DNA from: a virus
Length of the DNA stretch: 64,000 nt
IMG/VR virus record: IMGVR_UViG_3300045988_183667
Strand: one strand, 5' to 3'
Shown: positions 28,121-38,364 of the stretch, in pieces
Layout of the letters: every line of letters starts with the position of its first letter
How positions within the stretch are numbered: the stretch's first letter is position 1
Program-made: the position numbers and the translations under genes
The notes under the pieces: model-generated
What the model saw: the letters and a program-made list of their open reading frames with translations, nothing else
Database searches by the model: none
Told to the model about the DNA's origin: nothing

Positions 28121-28816
28121 ATGATATTAAAGACAAAGAATGAGAGCATTGCCGGTGCAAAACAGGAGATCAGGGATTCATTCCGTAAGGGTTTTGCTGT
28201 CAGTGATATTACATCAAGACCAAAATCAGGAACAAGCAACCCATCCAGATATTTCAATGACGAAGTCTGGATGTCCACGCCATATGTCAATGGCGATAAT
28301 CCTCTTTTTGCCCGCTGTATCGTGGATCATCAGGATAACGATGTTCTAATGGTGACAGGTGTGGAACTCTGGACCAGGACAGCCATGGGGCCGGAACATA
28401 ATCTGGAGGATATTTGCAGCAAAGAAAAGCGTCCGTTTCAGGCGGTTGACCGGAACGGCGGTGTACATAGCTTTACAGAAATAGAACAGGAGGTCGCAGA
28501 CTGTGCAGCTGCAACCGTGGTTTTTCCGCATCTTATGAATTATGGTGAGTATATCGCTTTCCAGACACTGAATTATGAGCGTCTGAAAGTTGGATCAGAG
28601 CCTACTGTGGAAGATTACATGAAATACGCAAATCATTGTGTCAGTGAAATGCGTGCCGGCGATATGCCTTATGTTGGTACATACAGAGATGCAGATAGGG
28701 CAGAATCTTATCTGTGTGATCTGGAACCGCTTCTTCTTCAGGACAGAATGAACCGTGAGTTTGCACAGATCGAGACGGGTTCTGACGAACCGGGATTTGA
28801 GCCCGGCATCCAGTAA
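28121..28816 (+). CDS. hypothetical protein (231 aa)
   Basis: Complete ORF. Confidence 0.55.
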   Translation: MILKTKNESIAGAKQEIRDSFRKGFAVSDITSRPKSGTSNPSRYFNDEVWMSTPYVNGDNPLFARCIVDHQDNDVLMVTGVELWTRTAMGPEHNLEDICSKEKRPFQAVDRNGGVHSFTEIEQEVADCAAATVVFPHLMNYGEYIAFQTLNYERLKVGSEPTVEDYMKYANHCVSEMRAGDMPYVGTYRDADRAESYLCDLEPLLLQDRMNREFAQIETGSDEPGFEPGIQ

Positions 28817-28978
28817 CAGAATAATCTGGCAAATTTTATGGAAATCTATTGCAAACAGCAGACATTTATGGTATCCTCAGATACGAATGTGAAACATTTC
28901 TTTCTGTGATTGATGCCGTATGGGGATGCACCGGGTAAAAAATATCTGGTGCATTCTCATTTTTTTTTCGATATTATA

Positions 28979-29007
28979 TTGATAAATGAGATAATTTGTG
29001 TTAATAT
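28979..29007 (+). promoter_or_regulatory. promoter TTGATAAATGAG-17-TGtTAATAT (family motif)
   Basis: -35 at 28979..28984, extended -10 at 28999..29007, with an upstream T-tract. Confidence 0.6.
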
Positions 29008-29260
29008 CTAAGTGTTCGAGTGTGGTATTATGCACTCGGACAGGTTTTTATTTCGTCCATTACCTGTGGAGAAAATGTTGCCGTATCCACGGGCTGGAGA
29101 TAATAATAAAGTAGGGTGACCTGAATCAGCCCGAACGTAAACGCCGGAAGTTTTTGCCGGAAGTCTGAACTGTTTAGTCCGGACGATTCAATAACCTGCT
29201 TCAGTCTTTACATATGAGGACTGGAAATTATTATTAAGGTGAGAAAGGAGCATTTGCTAA

Positions 29261-32200
29261 ATGAAGACATTAAGCAACGCAGGTAAGAAAGTAGCCCGTA
29301 GAAGTTTTGCCGGTTTTATGGCAATGCTGATGTGTGCTACAACCCTCGGAACAAATTTCTGGGGACTGGGTTCCAAGGATTCTGAGTCTATTGTCGGCGG
29401 ATTTGAAGCATTCGCAGCAGACAGTGTGACATATGGTCCTTCACAGACCTATTATGATGCCGGTACGCTCGTAATGAACGCTTATTACGACAGTTCCACT
29501 GGAACAAAACTGGCAGAGACATCTGCTAATTATCATGCAACAGACTGGGATGTAACGTATGCATCGTCTTATGTTGCATCAGCGTCACAAAACGGAAACA
29601 AGGGTGTTACTGTGATCAGTACGACTGATATTGCAGATTCTAATAAATACGGTTCCGCTTCCAACGTCGTTGACGGTGGTGATGGAAAGAGAGGTATCAT
29701 GTGCTTCTCTGAGTATCTGGACGCCTTGAACGGCAATTTTAATCCTGGTGATGCAGATTACAAGGCATATGAGAAATCGGTGCCGGATTATGAAGCTCCT
29801 GCCGGAAATGATACGGTTACATATCAATACATGGCAGAAGGTAAGACATATTCCACAGATGACGGTCAGGTAGAGATTAAGTGGACTCTGTTTGCATGGC
29901 CGGATGATCAGAATCTGGATGGTCTTTCTACAGCCGCAATGAAAGCAAAACTGGATACACCGGAAGAGATTAAGACAGAATGGGAAAAAGTAAAACCCAC
30001 AGAGATTACAGGCAACAATAACTCTGTGAAACTGGATGTTCCAGGTGAACTGGTAAGCGATGCCGGTACATGGCAGGATGCTGGAAATACCGGTGCGAAG
30101 GACAATGCTTCTCTATTCTATAAAGGACAGCCTGAGTGGTTTTCCGGAAACCAGGGTTCTTTCGATTCATGGTTTACAGATCATCATGAAAATTATCTGA
30201 TGAATTTAGGACTGTGGACTCGTCTGGAAACTTCTCCTGTAAAGATTACAAAAACAGCCGGAACCGGTGGTTATGTGACTTACGAGGGTAAGCCTGCGGT
30301 AAGTATTGCAATGTTTAAGCCATCCAATACTTCAAGCGTGTATCAGGGTGCTGACGTAAAGACGACTCTTACAGAGGATAATGATGCAGAATTTTTACCA
30401 CTGTATGCTTATCTTGGTGATACTTATGCATCCGCTGATAAACTGTCTGCCATGAAGCTGACTGACATTTTAAGAGGACAGGCGTCTGCTGAAAGAGCAA
30501 CTATTCCTACTTACAATATCAGAAAGCAGCTGTACGCAATGTGGGAGACAACACAGGCTTTTTATCTGAAGAATGCGACTTCTTTGACATGCCGACAGAT
30601 CAGCGATGGTGCGACCGGAGTTTCAAAGACATGGACAAATATCAATGTTACCGGTACAAGACTATATGCAATCGCATCTTATCCTCGAATTGATACTACA
30701 TATGCAGCAGGTAACCAGACCTATGTAAATGCAAGTGCAGAAGGTGCTAAGATCACAGTAATCAATGCATCCGAACAGTGGAACAGCGCGGCTCAAGGTG
30801 GCGAAGCATATGGTTCTTCCGATGGCAAGAATCCTGTATTATTTGTATTCAATGAGAATGATATTTGCGAAGCAAATGGCATCATCCATGCAAATAATAT
30901 TCCGGGACAGGTATTTAACCTGAGTGATATTTATGATGCTTACGGCACAGATCTTAAGCCCACGGGAACAGGAAAAGTAGTTGCTGAAGATATCGCAAAC
31001 ACCATTGTTCCATTTGTGATTCGATCCGATGCTTATTATGATGTAACCGAAGATTATCAGCGAGCAGCAGGCGTTCTTTATGGACGAGTTGATGCATCTA
31101 CGCTTGATACTTCTGCTATTAACAGCAGATTTGCAGGTAAGGTCGCAATCCCTTCCGCAAATGATGAGATCGTAGATACCGTAACTTACAGTGGATTAAA
31201 CGGCGGTGACAGCTATACTCTGGAAGGTGCTGTTTATAAGTCAAATGATAAGACTTTTGCAAGTCCTATTGTACAGACAACTGTGAGCTTTACTGCTCAG
31301 GCAACTACTGGTACGCAGGATGTAGTATTCACAGCATTTAATTCTACTTCCGTTGCTTCTGGTGAGAAGCTGGTTGTAACTGAGGTATTGAAGTCTGCTG
31401 ACGGCACTGTTATCGCAGAACATAAGGATCTGGCAGATGCTGACCAGACGATCGCTTACACAAAGAAGCCTGTTCTTGTGACAAAGGCATCTTTGTCTGA
31501 CGAAGACAAGAAGATCACTGATACGGTAACTTATTTCGGACTGGATGCTTCTGCTGAGTACATCATGACTACGACGGCTTATGATGCTACTACAGGCAGT
31601 ATGTTACCTGACTCCGTAGCAACAGAGTTTACAGCTTCTGATACCGGTAACGGTAAAGTAGATGTTGTTTACGATAAGTTCGATGCCGTTGATCTGGCAG
31701 GCCATAAGCTGGTTATGTATGAATCCGTAGCATTAAAGTCTGCCCCGAACCCAGAAGTTGCTTCTCATAAGGACAAGAATGATGCAGATCAGACTGTAGT
31801 TCTTGGTTCCAACATGGAAATTTCCACAGTCGCAAAGGCCGGTACAGGTTCTAAGTATCTGGATGCTATCGACAGCGAGACAATCGTGGATACCGTAACG
31901 GTAACAGGTCTTAAGGCTTCTGAAAAGTACACAGCGAGAGCAACTCTCTTTGATGTAACCACAGGTGAGCTTGTTACTGACACTTCAAGTAATACGCTTA
32001 CATGGTCTGAGGAGTTTACGACAGACGCTTCCGGTAATGGATCTACAACTGTAACTCTTGCAAATTTTGCTGCAAGCAACAAGGCAGGACATACACTGGT
32101 TGTTTATGAAGAGATTCTGAACGCAAACGGTGTTTCTGTTGCGACACACGCAGACAGTGCAGATGAGCAGCAGACAGTTTCTGTTAAGAAAGCCGGTATC

Positions 32201-33940
32201 ACAACGGTACTTGGCGACGCTGACGGAAAGAAAGACATGGAGTCTTCTGCATCCATGGTATTTAAGGATGCCATCACTTATTCCGGACTGGTTCCCGGCA
32301 ATGAGTATTACATGGTTTCCACTCTGGTAGACAAGGCTAACGGTCAGGTTCTTACAGATACTGCCGGTAATAAGGCAATCGTAACATCTACCGTGTTTAC
32401 AGCCAACAGTACAGGTTCCAACAAGGGTTCCTCATCCTTCACGTTTACCAATATGGCATCTACGATGTCTGGAAAGACCGTTGTTGCATTTAATGACCTG
32501 TACAGAGTGACAGATGGTACTGCATCCGGCACTACGGTTACGGATAACGTAAAGGCTGAACTCGTTGCATCTGAACATGATCTTGCGAATGTAAGCCAGA
32601 CGGTTTCCATTGATGCAACAATTGATGTAACAGACGCTACGATCGATACTGTTGCAAAGGGTGTTGATGGAAGCAAGACTATTCCTCTTGCAACAAACTC
32701 CACAATTAAGGACACCGTAACTTATACAGGTCTGACAGCCGGAAAGACTTATACCTTGTCTGCTGAAGTCTATGACACCAACACAGGTAAGAGAGCTGCC
32801 GGTTATACAAAGGCGCAGTCCATGGACTTCACTGCTGGTGATAATGGCAAGGGTGAGATTGTCATGACGATTGACCTTAATACCATGGAACTTTCCGGTC
32901 ACAAGCTGGTCGTTTATGAGACACTGTCCTTGGGCGACAAGACGGTTGCATCCCACAGGGATTTGACAGATGCTGACCAGACTGTAACGGTAAACGATAC
33001 CTTCCAGGCATCCATTGATACCGTGGCTACAGATAAGGCTACCGGTGGAAAGACACTGATGGCAAGTTCTGATGCAGTGATCCTTGATAAGGTTTCTTAC
33101 GATGGTCTGGATACGAATATGTCTTATAAGCTGACAACGACAGTTTATGACAAGGCTACCGGAGCAAAGTGCGACGGTATTGCAGCTGTTACCACAGAGT
33201 TCAAGCCTTCTGATTCCAAGGGAACTGTTGAGGTAAGCATTCCTGTCGACGGTACGAAGTTCACGGCTGGACAGTCACTCGTTGTATACGAAGAGTTGAC
33301 AGCTACAAGCAAGACTACTGGTACAGACGGTAAGAGTGCTACAAAGACTGTGACTGTGGCAACACATAAGGATATTTCTGATGCAGATCAGACAGTAACA
33401 TTTGTGAAGATGACCACTTACCTTACTGGTGACGGTACATCTGCAAAGACTGTCCATGTTGGATCAGACGCTTATGCGATTGATACAGCATCCTTTACAG
33501 GACTGACACCGAACAGAACCTATGTGATTACCACACAGCTTCTGGATGTGGCTGCAAATTCAGGTGCAGTGACGCTTGATACAAACACATCTGCGAACAA
33601 CACGGCTTCCGGCAATGCCGTTGCAACAAGAACCATGGAGTTTACTCCTACTACAGCAAATGGTTCCATTGCAACACAGATCAATGTCAATACGACAGGT
33701 CTGTCAGGTCATTCCCTTGTTGCCGTAGCAACCGTTACAGATAAGACAACAGGTCAGACTGTTGCGACACACACTGATAAGGCTAATGTCGACCAGACAA
33801 TCACTGTGCAGACCCGTGTGGAAGCACAGACAGGTGTCGGCACGTATGCTTGGATCTTCGGAATTATGGCACTGATCATGCTGGCCGGAGTATCCTCTTA
33901 CGGAATCGGCTTTTACAGTGACAAAAAGAACGGCAGATAA
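29261..33940 (+). CDS. giant sortase-anchored surface adhesin with ≥7 tandem Thr-Gln ester-type repeats
   Basis: Signal peptide. ~95-aa repeats begin with DTVTY(S/T)GL and end with H-x-D-x-x-D-x-(D/E)-Q-T-V (Cpe0147 / VaFE-like signature). The C-terminus carries EAQTG, a hydrophobic segment, and a DKKNGR tail. Confidence 0.85.
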   Translation: MKTLSNAGKKVARRSFAGFMAMLMCATTLGTNFWGLGSKDSESIVGGFEAFAADSVTYGPSQTYYDAGTLVMNAYYDSSTGTKLAETSANYHATDWDVTYASSYVASASQNGNKGVTVISTTDIADSNKYGSASNVVDGGDGKRGIMCFSEYLDALNGNFNPGDADYKAYEKSVPDYEAPAGNDTVTYQYMAEGKTYSTDDGQVEIKWTLFAWPDDQNLDGLSTAAMKAKLDTPEEIKTEWEKVKPTEITGNNNSVKLDVPGELVSDAGTWQDAGNTGAKDNASLFYKGQPEWFSGNQGSFDSWFTDHHENYLMNLGLWTRLETSPVKITKTAGTGGYVTYEGKPAVSIAMFKPSNTSSVYQGADVKTTLTEDNDAEFLPLYAYLGDTYASADKLSAMKLTDILRGQASAERATIPTYNIRKQLYAMWETTQAFYLKNATSLTCRQISDGATGVSKTWTNINVTGTRLYAIASYPRIDTTYAAGNQTYVNASAEGAKITVINASEQWNSAAQGGEAYGSSDGKNPVLFVFNENDICEANGIIHANNIPGQVFNLSDIYDAYGTDLKPTGTGKVVAEDIANTIVPFVIRSDAYYDVTEDYQRAAGVLYGRVDASTLDTSAINSRFAGKVAIPSANDEIVDTVTYSGLNGGDSYTLEGAVYKSNDKTFASPIVQTTVSFTAQATTGTQDVVFTAFNSTSVASGEKLVVTEVLKSADGTVIAEHKDLADADQTIAYTKKPVLVTKASLSDEDKKITDTVTYFGLDASAEYIMTTTAYDATTGSMLPDSVATEFTASDTGNGKVDVVYDKFDAVDLAGHKLVMYESVALKSAPNPEVASHKDKNDADQTVVLGSNMEISTVAKAGTGSKYLDAIDSETIVDTVTVTGLKASEKYTARATLFDVTTGELVTDTSSNTLTWSEEFTTDASGNGSTTVTLANFAASNKAGHTLVVYEEILNANGVSVATHADSADEQQTVSVKKAGITTVLGDADGKKDMESSASMVFKDAITYSGLVPGNEYYMVSTLVDKANGQVLTDTAGNKAIVTSTVFTANSTGSNKGSSSFTFTNMASTMSGKTVVAFNDLYRVTDGTASGTTVTDNVKAELVASEHDLANVSQTVSIDATIDVTDATIDTVAKGVDGSKTIPLATNSTIKDTVTYTGLTAGKTYTLSAEVYDTNTGKRAAGYTKAQSMDFTAGDNGKGEIVMTIDLNTMELSGHKLVVYETLSLGDKTVASHRDLTDADQTVTVNDTFQASIDTVATDKATGGKTLMASSDAVILDKVSYDGLDTNMSYKLTTTVYDKATGAKCDGIAAVTTEFKPSDSKGTVEVSIPVDGTKFTAGQSLVVYEELTATSKTTGTDGKSATKTVTVATHKDISDADQTVTFVKMTTYLTGDGTSAKTVHVGSDAYAIDTASFTGLTPNRTYVITTQLLDVAANSGAVTLDTNTSANNTASGNAVATRTMEFTPTTANGSIATQINVNTTGLSGHSLVAVATVTDKTTGQTVATHTDKANVDQTITVQTRVEAQTGVGTYAWIFGIMALIMLAGVSSYGIGFYSDKKNGR

Positions 33941-33989
33941 GCTGTTCTGATGGAAAAGAGTCTTCCCATTGGCTTTGTTTCTTCTTTGG

Positions 33990-34026
33990 ACACCCGTGCA
34001 GGTAACTGCATGGGTGTTCTTGTGTT
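33990..34026 (+). terminator. rho-independent terminator
   Basis: 12-bp stem ACACCCGUGCAG/CUGCAUGGGUGU (one G-U pair), GTAA loop, then a T-rich tail. Confidence 0.55.
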
Positions 34027-34058
34027 ATGAGTCGCACACTCTTTTTTCAGAAAATATG

Positions 34059-34087
34059 TTGATAAATGAAAAGTTTTAGTGTATAAT
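34059..34087 (+). promoter_or_regulatory. promoter TTGATAAATGAA-17-TGTATAAT (family motif)
   Basis: -35 at 34059..34064, extended -10 at 34080..34087. Confidence 0.6.
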
Positions 34088-34164
34088 CATGTTTGAAATG
34101 TGATTGGCTCTTATATGAGAAAATCTGTATGTTTCAAATTATCAGTAAAGGAAGATGCAAATTT

Positions 34165-35136
34165 ATGGCAAGAACATATAATATCAATCCGCAGCCGGAA
34201 TCACCCGTTGCAGAAGTTTCTGAAAGTGAAAAGAAGAAATTCCCATGGCAGGCAGTCCCTGTCGTGCTCGTGATCGGAGCCGTGGTTGCCGGTACGGCTT
34301 TTGGGGTGGCAAAGCTCCAGGAACATAACGAGGACGTGAAGATCACAAAGACATGGGAAGAGTTTAAAAATGTCGCAGACAGCGCGGAAGGAGAATCCGT
34401 GTCAGAAGTGTCCACAGAAGAGTCAGGTGCAGTGGAACACGGACAGATGTACTCTTCGGATCCGATGAAGCGAGTGATCAACTGGGACGCTGTACATAAT
34501 GTGAACGAAGAGGTTAAATGCTGGATCTATATTCCGCAGACAGAGATTGATTATCCGGTGTTACAGTCAGCGAAGTGGGAAGATAATGAGTATTATTTAA
34601 AGCATGATGTGTATGGTAACAGTTCTGCTGCCGGATCTATCTATATGCCGGCTGAGGTGGAGGGATTTGAAGAGAAAGACATTCATCAGATCATCATCGG
34701 TCATCACATGCGTAACGGAAGCATGTTTTCAGATCTGGTCAAGTATAAAGACAAAAGTTTCTGGGAAGCAACACCGTATATTTATCTTTACTATCCTGAC
34801 AGGACGGAAAAGTGGTTGATTTATTCTCCTTATCATACAACACAGGCAGATGAGATTTATAATATGCCATATGAAGCAGGAACAGTATTATATAAAAATC
34901 TGCTCGATAAGATCGAGGCAAACAAGCCGTATGACACGGCGACGAATGGTCCGACCGTAAGTGCTCCTCTTCTTACACTGACGACATGTGACCGTACTAG
35001 CACGGATAATTCTGCTGGACGTTTTGTCGTAAATGCAAAGCTCGTGGATACTGCTGCATTACAGGCCGGAACAGAGAATTCAATCACAGACAGTTCTTCT
35101 GTTGTATCTGAGAATAGTCAGGAAGGGGTGGAATAA
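34165..35136 (+). CDS. srtB: sortase (class B-like)
   Basis: N-terminal TM anchor, His motif IIIGHH, catalytic TLTTCD, and a conserved Arg in GRFVVNAKL. Confidence 0.85.
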   Translation: MARTYNINPQPESPVAEVSESEKKKFPWQAVPVVLVIGAVVAGTAFGVAKLQEHNEDVKITKTWEEFKNVADSAEGESVSEVSTEESGAVEHGQMYSSDPMKRVINWDAVHNVNEEVKCWIYIPQTEIDYPVLQSAKWEDNEYYLKHDVYGNSSAAGSIYMPAEVEGFEEKDIHQIIIGHHMRNGSMFSDLVKYKDKSFWEATPYIYLYYPDRTEKWLIYSPYHTTQADEIYNMPYEAGTVLYKNLLDKIEANKPYDTATNGPTVSAPLLTLTTCDRTSTDNSAGRFVVNAKLVDTAALQAGTENSITDSSSVVSENSQEGVE

Positions 35137-35138
35137 TC

Positions 35139-35468
35139 ATGGCACAGGCACCGAACACAACGAGAGTAACAGCAACCATCCCGGATGAGATGCACAAGCA
35201 GCTTTTGTTCTATGCAGCAAAGAAGGGAATTTCTATTAACCAGTATCTTTATGATGCACTGGAACATGCAATCGCTTGGGAGAATCAGGATTATCCACTT
35301 CCAACGATTGAGACAGCAAGACTTGCACAGCTTGTCGATATTGTCAGTGGTGTGAAGTCGGATGTGGAAAACATTCATAAAGTAATTGATTCCGGTTTCA
35401 ATTCCCTGCTGACATTAACAAAAGGTGATAATTATCTCCTGGATGGTTCTGAGGATGATGTAGAATGA
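35139..35468 (+). CDS. RHH-type DNA-binding protein (paralog 1)
   Basis: TRVTATIPDEMHKQLLFYAAKKGISINQYLYDALEHAIAWE has beta-alpha-alpha topology. Confidence 0.55.
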   Translation: MAQAPNTTRVTATIPDEMHKQLLFYAAKKGISINQYLYDALEHAIAWENQDYPLPTIETARLAQLVDIVSGVKSDVENIHKVIDSGFNSLLTLTKGDNYLLDGSEDDVE

Positions 35469-35860
35469 CCGGGGGTGTGGATATGCAGACAGATGAAACA
35501 ATCCGTGTGACAGCGACGCTTCCGCCGGAAATGATGATGCGTGCCGGTTACTGGGCAAAGAAACATGACATGTCGATTAACCAGTATCTTGTCTATGCAC
35601 TGGAACAGTTCATTAAATGGGACGGGGCAGACCATACAAAGTCAACACAGGAAACAGAACGCCTGAACCTGTGCGTAGACACGATAGAGGAGCTTGCCGG
35701 TTATATCCATGGTTTACAGACAGCGATTGATTCCGGGTTTGATGCTTTATCAGAAGCAACCCGTGGGGATAGTGAGTTTTTAAATCATGAGGACGGCAGT
35801 CTTGACAGGATTGACCTGACAGCAAAGACTAAGCGCAAAAAGAGACGCAGGAAGGAGTGA
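35465..35860 (+). CDS. RHH-type DNA-binding protein (paralog 2) with basic KRKKRRRKE tail
   Basis: IRVTATLPPEMMMRAGYWAKKHDMSINQYLVYALEQFIKW is clearly paralogous to the upstream gene. Confidence 0.55.
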   Translation: MTGGVDMQTDETIRVTATLPPEMMMRAGYWAKKHDMSINQYLVYALEQFIKWDGADHTKSTQETERLNLCVDTIEELAGYIHGLQTAIDSGFDALSEATRGDSEFLNHEDGSLDRIDLTAKTKRKKRRRKE

Positions 35861-35864
35861 GTAC

Positions 35865-36785
35865 ATGGCAAAACCGATTGACTATGCTGCTATTGTCCGT
35901 GAGGCAAAGCGGAAGTCACAGGCTATGAAAGAGGGTATCGATCCGGATTCCATACCGGAAGAAGATGCTGTAAAAGACTCTGAGCCGGTGGATATACAGC
36001 CTGTAAATCCTTCAGAAGAAAAGCCACCGGAATCTGCTAAGGAACCGGAGAAAGCCGAACAACCGATACAGACTACACCGTTTGATTTTGGTAATAATGA
36101 TGCAGATCTGCAGTCTTTTGCTGGTTCTTTTGATACATCTTCTGATGATATTGTTGATGTGGAGCCGGAAGCTGTGGATATGCCAAAGGATATACCGTTA
36201 CCTACGCAGCCGTCTTATGATCCGGACGATGACAAAGAGGAACAGCCAAGAGCGGGGAAGACACCTTTTCCAAAGCCACCGGCAAGCATCCGCCGGGATA
36301 AGAGAAAATCGTCCGAGGACGCAGAATATGACAAGTCCCATTTGAGGGCTGTTCCGACGTCACTGGTACAGAGAGCAAGGTATCTGTTCCCGAAGGCCAC
36401 AAATAATGATGAAGCCGTGGGAGCCTATATTTATTTTAAAGAGGGCTGTCCTGCAGATCTGGATGTGCCGGAACGCTTTAAGGAAGTTGCAAAGTCTTAT
36501 ATCGGCGAGACGGTTTCCAATGAGGATTTGCAGAATGACATCTTACAGGAGTTAAACCGTATGCGTGCAGCAAACAGGCTTCTGATGCAGAAGATTGATG
36601 CTGTGGAACTGGCAACGGCTTATAACTTGTTTGACCGTATGGGGTTTGACAAGGGTAGTTATCCAACCGTGCATGACGTTGCGTTCATGTCGCCGGGTCT
36701 GCCGGAATTTCTGGAACGTCTGGAAACAGCCAGTGTCAATTATCAGACAAGGCTTAAATTAAGTGAAGGCCGAACAAAACGATAG
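35865..36785 (+). CDS. hypothetical protein with Pro/Glu-rich N-terminal half
   Basis: Complete ORF. Confidence 0.55.
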   Translation: MAKPIDYAAIVREAKRKSQAMKEGIDPDSIPEEDAVKDSEPVDIQPVNPSEEKPPESAKEPEKAEQPIQTTPFDFGNNDADLQSFAGSFDTSSDDIVDVEPEAVDMPKDIPLPTQPSYDPDDDKEEQPRAGKTPFPKPPASIRRDKRKSSEDAEYDKSHLRAVPTSLVQRARYLFPKATNNDEAVGAYIYFKEGCPADLDVPERFKEVAKSYIGETVSNEDLQNDILQELNRMRAANRLLMQKIDAVELATAYNLFDRMGFDKGSYPTVHDVAFMSPGLPEFLERLETASVNYQTRLKLSEGRTKR

Positions 36786-36797
36786 GAGCATAGAGAT

Positions 36798-37070
36798 ATG
36801 AGAGCAGAATATGATTCAGATGATTTTGATATGGAATCCGTGACCGGCACTGATAATCCGGTAGAAACAGACGAGGCTTACGATGCCGCCACGGACGTAA
36901 ATGCAAAGGCTGTACATAAAAATAAACTGAGAAAGCCTTATACCGTCCGTACCCGTTTCAAGTCCATTGACAAGAAGACTGGACAGATGGTGTATAAGGT
37001 GGTGGAGCAGCCGAGCAATGCTCACAGGAAGCTGGCAAAGCCATATTCCTACAAGAAAAGAAAGAAGTAA
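36798..37070 (+). CDS. small protein with basic C-terminus (90 aa)
   Basis: Acidic N-terminus, basic C-terminus KPYSYKKRKK. Confidence 0.5.
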   Translation: MRAEYDSDDFDMESVTGTDNPVETDEAYDAATDVNAKAVHKNKLRKPYTVRTRFKSIDKKTGQMVYKVVEQPSNAHRKLAKPYSYKKRKK

Positions 37071-37136
37071 TTGATTTTGACCATACTATATTATATAATA
37101 TATAGTGCAAATTTTGGTGATCGGAGGAAATAAGAC

Positions 37137-38291
37137 ATGGCAGCAGATGCATATGAAAATGTCAGAGATGTGGAATCCACGGCAGCGACATCTACGCTTT
37201 CGGGAGCACGTACAGCCAGCCAGATTTTACAGGCGGCTGACGGAAAAGATTCTACGGCATTGGATTCAACAGCAGAAACATCAACACTTGCCGGTGCCCG
37301 TTCCGCAGAGCAGATTATGCAGCAGATGGATGAAGAAGAAAAATCAAAGAGTGCATCTGCAAAGTCTTCTGTGAAGTCCACTGTAAAATCAGAACTGAAC
37401 AAGTGGAAGAACGCCGGTGTCAACGCAAAGAGTACAGTGGAAAAGGCAGCAGATGCCGGGGAAGCCGTAAAAGACACAGTAGAGAATATGACAGATAAAG
37501 CAGCATCCGTGCAGAACGCGGCATCAAAGTTATCCGCAGTAGCGTCGATCGGGGCTTCGGCTCTTGGCATAAAAGCCGGAGAGGCAGTCAGCAATGCAAA
37601 AGAAAATGCACAGGTATCCGTCCAGACGCAGGTTGCTGCACCGACGGATACGGCGATCGCGGCATATCAGAAGGACGTGGCAGAGGCAAAGCAGGCAGGA
37701 GCCCATGTGAAGCATCTTCCGTATACGAATGAACAGCAGATGCAGTGGAATGCTCAGGATCAGCACCGTATGTATTCCAATTACGGCAATATGTATGAAC
37801 ACGGTGCAAACGAGATGGAGTATAACACGGCTCTCCTTAATTCCGCAATGGCAGTAGCAAACCTGCCGACGAAGGCACTTTCCATGGTTCCGTCGTTCAA
37901 ACAGAAGTTCCTTGCAGCCGTCCAGAAAGACGACAACCAGATGGATATTAACGGCATGACGCTTGATCGTATCTTCAGCGGTGACGTGGATCTGCTTAAA
38001 GTTGACCAGAAGGAGTCTACGGAAGACCTGTCCATGGTCAATGCCGGAAGAGATGCCGGTGTTTCTGATAAGTTCGAAGCCATGGATCATCAGCTGGATG
38101 CCCGTGATGCAGAAAAGAACGCAATCGCTTCTGCATTCAGCCAGGCAGCTACAGAGAACGTAAAAGGTCTTGTAGACAGCGTGCTTGCCGGACATAAAGA
38201 CAGAGGTGCCACTGTGGATATTGATCTTGGTCTTACAGGTGGTGCTTATGAGAAGCAGGCGGAAGATGATCTGTCCGCAGATTTCTTTTAA
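37137..38291 (+). CDS. Ala/Ser/Thr-rich coiled-coil-like protein (384 aa)
   Basis: Internal duplication STAATSTLSGARTASQILQ / STAETSTLAGARSAEQIMQ. Confidence 0.55.
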   Translation: MAADAYENVRDVESTAATSTLSGARTASQILQAADGKDSTALDSTAETSTLAGARSAEQIMQQMDEEEKSKSASAKSSVKSTVKSELNKWKNAGVNAKSTVEKAADAGEAVKDTVENMTDKAASVQNAASKLSAVASIGASALGIKAGEAVSNAKENAQVSVQTQVAAPTDTAIAAYQKDVAEAKQAGAHVKHLPYTNEQQMQWNAQDQHRMYSNYGNMYEHGANEMEYNTALLNSAMAVANLPTKALSMVPSFKQKFLAAVQKDDNQMDINGMTLDRIFSGDVDLLKVDQKESTEDLSMVNAGRDAGVSDKFEAMDHQLDARDAEKNAIASAFSQAATENVKGLVDSVLAGHKDRGATVDIDLGLTGGAYEKQAEDDLSADFF

Positions 38292-38307
38292 AAAAATAGA
38301 AAACATG

Positions 38308-38352
38308 ATTTATGGTGTGATAAGGCTCAGTGTCACACCATAAATTTTTTTG
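38308..38352. terminator. bidirectional rho-independent terminator
   Basis: Perfect 13-bp stem ATTTATGGTGTGA/TCACACCATAAAT with a 12-nt loop, flanked by A6 and T7. Confidence 0.7.
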
Positions 38353-38364
38353 TGGCGAAAGGTC

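Noticed and set aside
32344-32956. Minus-strand ORFs (123 and 174 aa) within the adhesin gene
   Set aside because: They arise from the repetitive T/V/A-rich coding repeats of the plus-strand adhesin.
33800-33940. Canonical LPxTG motif at the adhesin C-terminus
   Set aside because: It is absent. The only candidate upstream of the hydrophobic anchor is EAQTG, reported above as non-canonical.
37530-38306. 258-aa minus-strand ORF
   Set aside because: It is antisense to the plus-strand 384-aa gene and its Cys-rich composition is typical of reverse-frame artefacts.
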